Shown: piece by piece, positions 24,368-35,800 of the stretch
Layout of the letters: the number at the start of each line of letters is the position of its first letter
Numbering within the stretch: the stretch's first letter is position 1
Assembly: GCA_950097015.1 (NCBI GenBank)
Contig: CATNEN010000007.1
Coordinates: forward strand, 10,478,001 to 10,542,000
Direction of reading: 5' to 3'
From: Macrostomum hystrix
Lineage: Eukaryota; Animalia; Platyhelminthes
DNA length: 64,000 nucleotides
Notes under the pieces: generated by a model
The model's database searches: none
What the model was told of the DNA's origin: nothing
Seen by the model: the letters and a program-made list of their open reading frames with translations, nothing else
Made by a program: the position numbers and the translations under genes

Positions 24368-27300
24368 ATGGACTCAGACAACAACTCCGTGCACAGAGGC
24401 AGTGTCGATGGTAAGCATTTATTATTATATTTTTGAGGTTTTAAAATCCCTTTTTAATAAGGTTTGAATATCTATGTTGATGTCAGTGTCGAAACTCAAC
24501 TGAGGTTTATAAAGCTGGCTCATGTGCTCAACTAAACCAAATTACGAAATAGTACTGTTTAGCATCTGGCTATTAATTTAAACCTAGTTGCTAGTTAATA
24601 CTTAAGTCTCAAGGAGTAGAAGGAAGGCTTCTATATGATTCTACTTTGGTGTCATACCTAAATTAGTAAGTAAAATGGCAAATGAACTTTAATTAACTAA
24701 ATTCTACAGGTCCAGCATAACCAAAATTTCCCATACCTGTATCCATCCATATCTGTATCACAACATTTTTCCTATTGCCTATCTATATATGTATCTATAG
24801 CCATAACAAAAAATTACCATAACTTCATGTAACCTCCATAGCACCTCTGTGTTTATCTGAAAAATGCTTCAGAATTCAAATTTTTGACTAGAGGGACTTT
24901 TTTGTGCCCCTACTTAAATTTGTTTCACACAGACTGAAGTATTTTCACAGAGTTAAGGTTGCCTTTGTAGGCTTTGACATGGTTGGAAATTAAAGAATAA
25001 ATAAAAAGTCGGTTCATTAGTTTTTTATATATAGAAAGTGGAAGTTTAGTAAAATATATTAATTTCGATTTAATTAGTTTTCACTATCTGTAGTAAGTAT
25101 ATAGCTACTATACTGCTAATAGCTAAGTAAACATAGAAATGGCTAATGGCCTATAAACGATTAATAGTTTTTATGGCTAACACTTTTTACTCGTAAGGTT
25201 TGAGTATTTATACCAGGTTCAGCATCAAAGAAAAGTTATAAATTAGAGAAAAAAATTAAAGAACATTAGTAACTAGCAATTTAATTTTATACTGAGCAAA
25301 CTTTATGCCTAAAAGAGTTTAATATAATATAGAGTTGTATAGAGCAAAAATGTTGGTAGCATATTTTATAGCTAGCTAGTCATTTTATTATTTACTAAGT
25401 AAAAAAATTGTTTTCGACTTATTAAATACAACAAAGGGTATATAATTGTTAGATATTGTAGAAGTTTCTAAGAACAAAAAAACTTATTAATACAGTGTGT
25501 AAGGCCTGAATACATCTAAACAAGGGCATGTTGAATATTCAGTACTTTACTACAAGCAGTAGAAAAGTACTTGATCATTTTCATGACTAAATATCAGCAT
25601 CTTGCTAAGTTATTTGGAAGTTCGCTACAGTATTTAATTTTCTGTCTACTTCAGCGGACAATGTCCAGCTCAAGGTTTTGGTGCCATCGATCGCGGCAGG
25701 TGCTATCATTGGCAAAGGGGGAGAGGCCATCACCAAGGTTCAGACTGAGACTGGTGCCAAAGTGAAGATGTCCAAGTCCAACGACTATTATCCAGGTAAG
25801 GCTTGCCTCTGTACAGCTTGTCTCGTGGTGATCTAATGGCTTGCAGTCTATAAAGTCTATCCTGACTGGCTCACAGGCACAACAGAGCGCGTCTGCCTGA
25901 TGCTGGGCAGCCTGGAGTCGGTGAAGGCCGTCTGCTTCTACGTGATGGAAAAAACGCTGGAGAAGCCGGATCCGAACCCGAAGCTGGCTGGCGACGGCAA
26001 GCTCAATGTGGAGCGGCACAAGCAGGTGAGCGGCTGACCTGCCCGAGTTTAGTCGGTTGCCCGCCAGTCCTTCAGTGCATCAGCCCCCAATCCCCAGTCA
26101 TTCAGTGCATCAGCCCCCAATCCCCAGTCATTCAGTGCATCAGTCCCCAATCCCCAGTCCTTCAGTGCATCAGCCCCCAATCCCCAGTCCTTCAGTGCAT
26201 CAGTCCCCAATCCCCAGTCCTTCAGTGCATCAGTCCCCAATCCCCAGTCATTCAGTGCATCAGCCCCCAATCCCCAGTCCTTCAGTGTATCAGCCCCCAA
26301 TCCCCAGTCATTCAGTGCATCAGCCCCCAATCCCCAGTCCTTCAGTGCATCAGTCCCCAATCCCCAGTCCTTCAGTGCATCAGTCCCCAATCCCCAGTCC
26401 TTCAGTGCATCAGTCCCCAATCCCCAGTCCTTCAGTGCATCAGTCCCCAATCCCCAGTCATTCAGTGCATCAGTCCCCAATCCCCAGTCATTCAGTGCAT
26501 CAGCCCCCAATCCCCAGTCATTCAGTGCATCAGTCCCCAATCCCCAGTCATTCAGTGCATCAGCCCCCAATCCCCAGTCCTTCAGTGTATCAGCCCCCAA
26601 TCCCCAGTCATTCAGTGCATCAGCCCCCAATCCCCAGTCCTTCAGTGCATCAGTCCCCAATCCCCAGTCCTTCAGTGCATCAGTCCCCAATCCCCAGTCC
26701 TTCAGTGCATCAGTCCCCAATCCCCAGTCCTTCAGTGCATCAGTCCCCAATCCCCAGTCATTCAGTGCATCAGCCCCCAATCCCCAGTCATTCAGTGCAT
26801 CAGTCCCCAATCCCCAGTCCTTCAGTGCATCAGTCCCCAATCCCCAGTCCTTCAGTGCATCAGCCCCCAATCCCCAGTCCTTCAGTGCATCAGCCCCCAA
26901 TCCCCAGTCATTCAGTGCATCAGCCCCCAATCCCCAGTCCTTCAGTGCATCAGTCCCCAATCCCCAGTCATTCAGTGCATCAGCCCCCAATCCCCAGTCA
27001 TTCAGTGCATCAGCCCCCAATCCCCAGTCCTTCAGTGCATCAGTCCCCAATCCCCAGTCCTTCAGTGCATCAGCCCCCAATCCCCAGTCCTTCAGTGCAT
27101 CAGCCCCCAATCCCCAGTCCTTCAGTGCATCAGCCCCCAATCCCCAGTCCTTCAGTGCATCAGCCCCCAATCCCCAGTCCTTCAGTGCATCAGTCCCCAA
27201 TCCCCAGTCATTCAGTGCATCAGTCCCCAATCCCCAGTCCTTCAGTGCATCAGTCCCAATCCCCAGTCCTTCAGTGCATCAGCCTCAAATCCCCAATCCT

Positions 27301-30300
27301 TCAGTGTATCAGTCCCCAATCCCCAGTCCTTCAGTGCATCAGCCTCAAAAAATCCCCAGTCCTTCAGTGCATCAGCCTCAAATCCCCAGTCCTTCAGTGC
27401 GTGAGTCCCCAATCCCAGGCAATTAGTCCGCCAAAATCCACCTGCGGTTTCGAAGTAGTACATGTCCGTGTGTTAATGAGCGTGTGTGAAAGCGAAAAGT
27501 TTTGATTTCCGCTGCTAGAAGCTGCGCTATGTTATACTTTCTGAGAGTCATCATTCTCAGGTTTGTTTTATGCTCTCGTTAGTTAATGGATACAAAGCAT
27601 GCAAAATTGGTTCAGCTGAAAAAGCATTTCGAGAATTCGTGCAAGCCAAGGCCTGGCAGTGTATAACAAGTACTAACTGGTATAGTATAATGCTATTGCT
27701 ATGCATTGGGGCAGTGAGCAGCCCTGACGAGACGACCTCTCGCATTTTTCCACCCACGCTACGCGTTAAAGCCCTCAGCTGGTCCAGCAGAGAAATGCAA
27801 GAATTGAAAAATACGTAGGCGCTCAGCGGGGACCCTCCCCACCCTGCCCCGTCTCCTGCGCTCGGATACTAGAAGCCGCAGGGCCCTCGCTTATTTAACT
27901 AGTTTTTTATAGTAAGCCTTCTTCTATCGCCGATTCGCCCTCGCCCTGGACTCGCCAGTCGACGCTCTGCGACTGCACTTTCTTGCCTATTTGGGTGCAG
28001 CCAGGCGGGCTGAAGAAATGCAGTTTAATATGGCGCACCTCTGACTGGCCGGCCCTTATCGCCTCGGGCTGGGGTTGGGGCGGGCGACCGCCACTTTTGT
28101 CTGCTGCTGCTGCTGCTGCTGCTACTGAGCCTCTTTAGCAACTATTGTGGGTGGGTGGAATGATTCGGTAGGCACTGGGCCGGGTGGAGACTGGGCCACA
28201 GCTACCGCAGCCTTGCGCCTGTCTCACCAGCTCGCTCGCCAAGTCCTTAATGATTGAATGGACTGGCTGGGGTTGGCCCATGCCCCTGTTGCTGTTTTGT
28301 GTGCTTCAATTGCTTGCCAAGCCGCTCCTGGCCCTTCCCGGCTTCATTCATTAGGCATTTGTTCATTCACAAGGCGGCTCCACCACTGAGTCTGGGCTGG
28401 GTTGGGGGGCCTGACACGAGCTGTGCGACAATATCTCAGTGTTGCGCGGTCTCCGGACTAATTAGTTGGATTTGCTCGGCGGTGGCCGGGCCTGTCTCCC
28501 CCGCCCCACCATCGAGCCCTCTTATGGGGTTCCCCGCATCTCAGCCGCTATCGGCTTAGCAAACCATGGCAACTGGCCGGCTGTTACTCGTTTGCTGCTT
28601 GCTGGCTGTGTGTACTTTAGTGCGGTGCGCACTGATTGGCTGGGTCTGTCAGTCACACCAGCTGGTGTTTATAATTATATTTTTATTTATGGTTATTGAG
28701 CGGCCGTGGGCGGGCAGTTGATGTGCGCAGACTGGCAGGTGTTAGATCACCTGATTTTGTCTACTGTAGCAGGCTAGCTTTGCCAAGTGTAGATCATTGT
28801 CGATTTGGCACTGCCTTTAATTAGACAAGCTTTAACAAACGCCAGAGTTTCGATAACTAAATTGGACATGTGTGCGACTATTTGCCTGCTAGCATCTGCT
28901 GCACATCCGCATTGCGGCGCTACAAAATTCTAACCTAGCAAAACGCTAAGGCATAGCGACACAATATAGCTAGTATTAGTACTAGTATTGTAGTGATGCG
29001 GCACCCGGATAGCTGAATAATATGATTATAATTTGTAATTAAACAATAATTAATCTGCATGGGTGCATCATTTGGTAGATTCTGGCCATTTCGCTGACCC
29101 CTGAGCACACAATCGCTAACATACGTATACTCAGGCACATCTTGGCACAGGTTTTACTGGACACTCACTGTGCTTTGGACCCACCAACCCTCAGGTGAAG
29201 ATCCTGGTGCCCAACAGCACCGCCGGCATGATCATCGGCAAGCAGGGCGCTTACATCAAGGAGATCATGGACAACACCGGCGCCTACGTGCAGATCTCGC
29301 AGAAACCCAAGGAGCAGGCCCTCGCCGAGCGCTGCGTCACTGTGGCCGGCGAGACTCAGCAGGCCCGGGCCGCGGTCAGTCTCATTCTGGACAAGATCGC
29401 CAGCGACCCGCAGTCGGCCAGCTGCCCAAACATCAGCTACGCCAACATGACCGGCCCTGTGGCTAGCGCCTTCCCCACTGGCAGCCCCTACGCGCTGCCA
29501 AGTGGAACCTCCGGTCCCGGCTCCATGATCGGTGGAGCGACCGGCTTGGGCGCCGTCGGCGGCGGCCTTCGGGAGCCGCAGAGTCCAGCCGGGGCTGCAG
29601 CCGCCGCTGCTGCAGCTGCCGCGGCCGCAGCCGCCGCCTGCCCGGTCTCCTTCGAGACTCTGCGCGCCTCGCTGCGCCAAAGCGGCTACACGGACACGGC
29701 TGTGGACGAGATCGTTGGCGCCATGCTCATCCTGGCCAATTACGGCTTCTTCAGCTTGCAGACTCTCGTTGCGGCCGGGCCGCAGGCTCAGTCGCAGCCG
29801 CAGCCACCGGGCCCCGTAGCCCTGCTATCGCCGTCGCCGCATTCGTCATTCAGCCTGAGCCACGGCTCGCTGGCCGCCGCTCTCGCTGCAGCCGCAGCTG
29901 CCGGTCCTCCGCCACCGCCTGACGCGAGCGGTGGTGACTTCACCCTGTTTGCGCCTGGCACCGCCCCACCGCCGTTGTTCGCCGACTCCTTCCTGGCTGA
30001 CGGGCTGGACAAGGCGGCCATGAGCGGGCCCATGGTAAAGCGGGAGCTGGAAGTGCCGGAGCCTCTGATTGGCGCTCTGATCGGCCCGGCCGGCCGTGAC
30101 ATCAGCCAGCTGCAGAGCAGCACGCAGACCTGCATTCAGGTGTCCCGCCGTGTCGCTGGTTCGACGCCCATGTCGCACAGCCGTCTCGTCACAATCACCG
30201 GCTTGCAGGTATGTGTGCTGAGCTGGTTATAGTAATTTTTGCTGAGCAGTTTCTAAGCTGGTCCTTGTGTTTGTGAGCAGTTTCTGAGCTGGTTTTTGTG

Positions 30301-30661
30301 TTGGTGAGCAGTTTCTGAGCTGGTTTTTGTGTTGGTGAGCAGTTTCTAAGCTGGTCCTTGTGTTTGTGAGCAGTTTCTGAGCTGGTTTTTGTGTTGGTGA
30401 GCAGTTTCTGAGCTGGTTTTTGTGTTGGTGAGCAGTTTCTGAGCTATTTCTTGTGTTGTTGAGCTGTTTCTGAGCAGGTTCTAGAGTTTGTTGCAGAGTA
30501 GTCTCCAGCCAGGTTAGTTTGTGTCATGCTACTCAGAACTGGCCGCTAATATTTCGTGCTACTTTCATCGCCCGCAGCCGAACGTACTAAAGGCGGAGCG
30601 GCTCATCCAGCAGAAGGTCAGCCAGGCCGACCAGCGGCGCCAGCAGCACCGGTACCAGTGA
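24368..30661 (+). CDS. NOVA: Nova/pasilla-family RNA-binding splicing regulator (3 KH domains), ~476 aa; exons 24368-24410, 25655-25795, 25877-26025, 29195-30208, 30578-30661
   Basis: KH1 [21 protein letters not shown]...[20 protein letters not shown]2 [18 protein letters not shown]...[30 protein letters not shown], the Nova signature. KH3 [16 protein letters not shown]...VTITG. Exons total 1431 nt. Confidence 0.95.
26062..27418. repeat. 30-bp C-rich minisatellite in Nova intron 3
   Basis: Unit CCCCAGTC(C/A)TTCAGTGCATCAG(C/T)CCCCAAT, ~45 copies. Confidence 0.97.
30243..30478. repeat. 31-bp minisatellite in Nova intron 4
   Basis: Unit GAGCAGTTTCTGAGCTGGTTTTTGTGTTGGT, ~7 copies. Confidence 0.93.
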
Positions 30662-31837
30662 GCCGCGTCCGCCTCCGCCCGCCCGCCCGCCAGCCCTCCC
30701 GACTGACGTCAGCCAGGCAGCCTTCGCCCCGCGGCTGGCGCAGCCGGACCTTTGGCAACCCCCTTCCAAAGGGCTTTCACGCTGAGGCGCGCGGCGGCTT
30801 GATTGTCGGGGCGCGTCCTCCACCTTCCTCTCACCCTCCTCACTTTCTCGTGACAATTTTGTCTCCATGCGTAACAAAAAGCTCTATTTATTTTTCAATG
30901 CAATTGGAGCAGCGGTTCCCAATGTCAACTTGAAGGCTGGGGATCCTCTGACCCTTGCGTCCGACAGACATTGCTGCTCATTGCGCGTATCTTTGCTCTC
31001 ACTCTTCTGCTTTTTTCGTCGCCATCAACCCCTCCCTCCCCTCCAATCGTGAGCAAGCGAATGAGATGCTGCGCACTGAAGCTGGCTGCATTAGTTGGTT
31101 GCAGTTTGTTGCTTGCTGATTCAGATTCAAAATCTCACAACAATTGTAAGATCAAAAGACTGTCTGAATGGCTGTCGAGCTGTCGAGACCGAGTCGGTGT
31201 TTAGTGCTCAGTGTCTTATTCGCCTCAAATTTTGCCTCTCAGCCTGCTGCTGTTTTTGTCACCCGAAGGAATTAGTTTTTTCTCAAGTTAATCGCCTCAT
31301 TTACTCGTTGTTAAGCCCGCGAAGGTCGGGGGTTCGAATCGGTTCGGGTACGGTGGCTGGTATTTCCTTTTTTCAATAATCGTTTTTCTCTCTCCCCTGT
31401 CGCCCGCCTCGGGTTATTTATAACAGTTTTATCTGGCAGTTTGGACTGCCCATGTTTTGTCTGATCTGCGAATCACTAACAATTCAAGCGCTTTATAGAC
31501 AACTATTTTTTGTTCTTTTTTGCTGCCATTTTCTCTTTCTCTCTGTCACTCTCTGCCTCCGAGTTTCACATCGCCCCGGAAACGGAAGCGAATCGCAAAT
31601 CAAGAGAAAGTCCTACAAAATGTGCTCATGTGATAGACGCCGTGTTTTGTCTGCCATTGTCTGGTCCCGCCAGCGGAATGGCTTCTGTGTTTTGTCATGC
31701 TATCCTCTTCACCTGCAACACCTGCCCGGCCTCTGCTGTGATTTTCAACTACTACTATTCTACTACTATATTATTCATATATTATTATTATTTTTTGCTA
31801 GACAAGACAACTAGATCTTTCTGTGCACGCATACTCT

Positions 31838-32730
31838 GAAACTGCGCCAGATCAGCCACGGGCGCCCGCATTTTCCGAGAACTGCGCACCAGATCCGCCC
31901 GCATTCTCCAAGAACTGCGCACCAGATCCGCCCGCATTCTCCAAGAACTGCGCACCAGATCCGCTCGCATTCTCCAAGAACTGCGCACCAGATCCGCTCG
32001 CATTCTCCAAGAACTGCGCGCCACATCAGCCACCGGCGCCCGCATTCTCCGAGAACTGCGCACCAGATCCGCCCGCATTCTCCGAGAACTGCGCACCAGA
32101 TCCGCCCGCATTATCCAAGAACTGCGCACCAGATCCGCCCGCATTCTCCGAGAACTGCGCACCAGATCCGCCCGCATTCTCCGAGAACTGCGCACCAGAT
32201 CCGCTCGCATTCTCCAAGAACTGCGCGCCACATCAGCCACCGGCGCCCGCATTCTCCGAGAACTGCGCGCCAGATCCGCTCGCATTCTCCGAGAACTGTG
32301 CACCAGATCCGCTCGCATTCTCCGAGAACTGCGCACCAGATCCGCCCGCATTCTCCGAGAACTGCGCACCAGATCCGCCCGCATTATCCAAGAACTGCGC
32401 ACCAGATCCGCCCGCATTCTCCGAGAACTGCGCACCAGATCCGCCCGCATTCTCCGAGAACTGCGCACCAGATCCGCTCGCATTCTCCAAGAACTGCGCG
32501 CCACATCAGCCACCGGCGCCCGCATTCTCCGAGAACTGCGCGCCAGATCCGCTCGCATTCTCCGAGAACTGTGCACCAGATCCGCTCGCATTCTCCGAGA
32601 ACTGCGCACCAGATCCGCCCGCATTCTCCAAGAACTGCGCACCAGATCCGCTCGCATTCTCCAAGAACTGCGCGCCACATCAGCCACCGGCGCCCGCATT
32701 CTCCGAGAACTGCGCGCCAGATCCGCCACG
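31838..32730. repeat. 33-bp GC-rich minisatellite with periodic 42-bp variants, downstream of Nova (possibly 3' UTR)
   Basis: Unit GAGAACTGCGCACCAGATCCGCCCGCATTCTCC. Confidence 0.95.
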
Positions 32731-32866
32731 GGCGCGTCTGGCTCCCGCATCAGATCTGCGGCCCCCTATTTCATTATTCAAATTCAGCAGATATCCTTTA
32801 ATTTTAAGCCTATTTATTTACGCGCATAGCTGCAAACAGAAATAAACAAGCAGAATGCTTCGACCG

Positions 32867-35800
32867 TGTAATAACTAAGGCCGAGGCTATTTTTAGTGAG
32901 CAGACAAAACTCTCAATCTTTACTGCCACGCTGAGCGCGCGTCCATATATTATTTGCTAGAACTGGGGTGGCGACACCCACCCCGCTCCGCAACCAATCA
33001 AACGACCCAGGTGTACACCTGGGCCTGGCTCACGTGCGTACGCACACTACATCTCTCCCCCTTCGAACAGAAACTGTGGGGAGACAAAAAAGAACGAATT
33101 CGAGAAGCAAGATGTCGAAAAGAACGAAAAAGAACTCGACCGAAAAAAAAATATGCAGCTATTGGAGGAAATAAAACACTCGAATTGATAGTCGCATCGG
33201 ACTTGCAAAGAAAAGCGTGCATGTGATTGTTAATGTCAGTGGAAAAGTCAGTTCGTTTTCAGTCCTTGGTTTAGTCCTTGTAGATCTTCACGCCACCCCG
33301 TGCAGCGCGGGGGTGCGGGCGCAGCGCCACCGGGGATTCGGCCGGGTTCCGCGCCGCCTCGCCTGGAGTTTCTGGCGCGGCAGCCTGCGGCCTGGCACCA
33401 GCGTCGTCTGATTCTGGGGTGACGACCTTGACCGCCGTGCAATGCCGCCAGCAGGCCGCGCCGTCACGACGCAGCATCAGCGAGTTGCCGGCCACCCGCT
33501 GGACTGTCCAGGCGCCGCTCTCGAATGGCGTTTGCGTCTTGCTGGCACCGACTCGCCGTCGCAGCACCGAATCGCCGACCTGGATTTCGTGCCGCCGTGG
33601 CCGCCTCCTGGCGTCCGCTCGCTGCTTCATCGCGGCCTTGGCGCTCGCATCCATCTCTCGCAGCCGCTGCTCGTTGATGCGGACGCGCTGGGATGGCCGG
33701 GCGGCGGGGATGACATCATTTGGTCGCCGGCCCATCAGCAGCTCGGCTGGCGCGCGGCCCGTGGCTGTGTGCGGCGTGTTCCTGTAGGCCAGCAGCCACT
33801 CGTCCAGAGCAGCCCTCCAGTCGCGCCGCTCCTCGATTGCCGCCCGCACGACCTTGTTGATTGAGCGGTTCAGCCGCTCTGTCATGCCGTTGGCGGCTGG
33901 GTAGTAAGGCGTGATGAGGCGGTGCTTGATGCCGTAGCTTTCTAGGAAACGGCCAAACTCCTTGGATGAAAATGGCGGCCCGTTGTCAGTTACGAGCTCC
34001 TGCGGGATGCCAAATCGCGCGAACATTTCTCGCAGGCGCGGGACCAGTGCCTCGGCCGTCGTTGTCTGCATGAGCTGCACCTCTGGGAATCTCGAGTATC
34101 TGTCCACGCACACCAGCAGCATGTTGTTGTTGATCGGGCCTACAAAGTCAGCCCCAATCGACAACCAGGCGCCCTTAGGGATAGGCGTCGGCTGTAGAGG
34201 CGTAGCCCGGACGGCTGGCGTGTGAGACGTGATGGCACAGCTGCGGCACCGACTGACGAACTCCTCCGCTTGTGTTGCCATTCTCGGCCACCAGACCTTG
34301 CTGCTGAGCCTTGCGGTCGTCTTCTGCGAGCACTGGTGTCCTTGGTGCGCCAGCTCGAGCATCTGCTGCCGTAGAGCTGCTGGCACGACAATCCGCTGAT
34401 GCCGAAGAAGAACTCCGTCTACCGCCGACAGCTCCTCTCGCAGCGCGTGGAGTGACCGCATCTCAGCGCTAGAGCGGTCCCATTGGCCGCCTTGCATCGC
34501 TGCTATTGCTGCCCGGATAACTGGGTCGCTGGCTGAGCTCTTGCGGATGTCTTCGAGCGTGAGCGCCTTCGGGACAGCCGCCTGCGCTACCTCGTTTATG
34601 TAGGCCTCTCTCAGCTGCTCGCTGGTCCTACTTCCTTCAGCGTTTAGAGGCTGCCTGCTGAGTATGTCTGCAGCATTGGACGCTCCTGGCTGGTATTCGA
34701 CCTTGAATACCAGGTGCTGGATACGCAGCGCCATACGCTCGACTCGTGGAGGCGGCCGTGACCCTGGCGCATACATGGCTGTCAGCGGCTTGTGGTCGGA
34801 GATCACCGTGAATTCGGGCGATCCATACAAGTAGTACTCAAACTTCAGGCAGCCGAACTTCACGGCGAGCGCCTCTTTTTCGGTCTGCGAATATCGCCGC
34901 TCTACGTCGGAGAGGGTCCGGCTCGCGTATGCGACTGGCCGCGAACTGCCGTCGTGCTGTACTTGCGCCAGGATTGCGCCGAGTCCGGTTGGTCCCGCGT
35001 CTACAATCAGCTGTGTCCGTAGCCGCTTGTCGTAGAATGCCAGCGTTGTCGGCTCCGCAATGCTGCGCTTTAGCTGCGCAAAGGCGCTGGCCTGGTCGGC
35101 GCCCCACTGCCAGTCGGTGTTCTTCCGGGTCAGGCGTCGCAGCGGCTCCGCCACCTTGGCCAGCTGTGGCGTGAATACTGCGAGATAATTCACGAGGCCC
35201 AAGAACGATCGAAGTTGGCTTATCGTCTCTGGCTCCTTGAATTCTTGAACGGCGGCGACCTTGCTTTCTGTGGCTTGGACTCCTTCGGCCGTCAGTCGCA
35301 TTCCCATAAACTCAATGCTGCTGCGTGCCAACCTGCATTTTCGAGCATTTAGCGTGATGCCGCGTTGCGCCAGGCGGGCCAGGCAGGCCTCGAGGCTGCT
35401 GTTGTGCTCCGCCATCGTGCGGCCGAACACGACCACGTCGTCGTGGATCCATTTTACGTTGGGCAGGCCTGCCAGCACTCTGCACATCACGCTCTGTAGG
35501 ATCTCCTGTGAGGTGGACAGGCCCATGCACAGCCGAGTGAGACGCCGAAGTCCTCGGGGTGTCGAGAATGTCAGCAGATTGCGGCATTCTTCTGCTACAG
35601 GCACCTGGTAGAACGCCTTCGCGATGTCCAGTTCCGAGAAGACGGTGCTGCCGGCCATGTCTCCCGTCACCTCTTCAAAAGTCGGAATCTGGTGACGCTC
35701 GCGGATGACATAGCGATTGACATCGCGGAGGTCCTGTGTGATCCGCACTTCGCCTGGCTCCTTCTTGGGCACAACGACCATCCGCGCGACCCACGGAACT

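Noticed and set aside
30040-30120. Nova KH3 loop GPAG instead of GKGG as loss of RNA binding
   Set aside because: The GxxG loop is intact, and as I recall a GPxG loop also occurs in invertebrate pasilla proteins.
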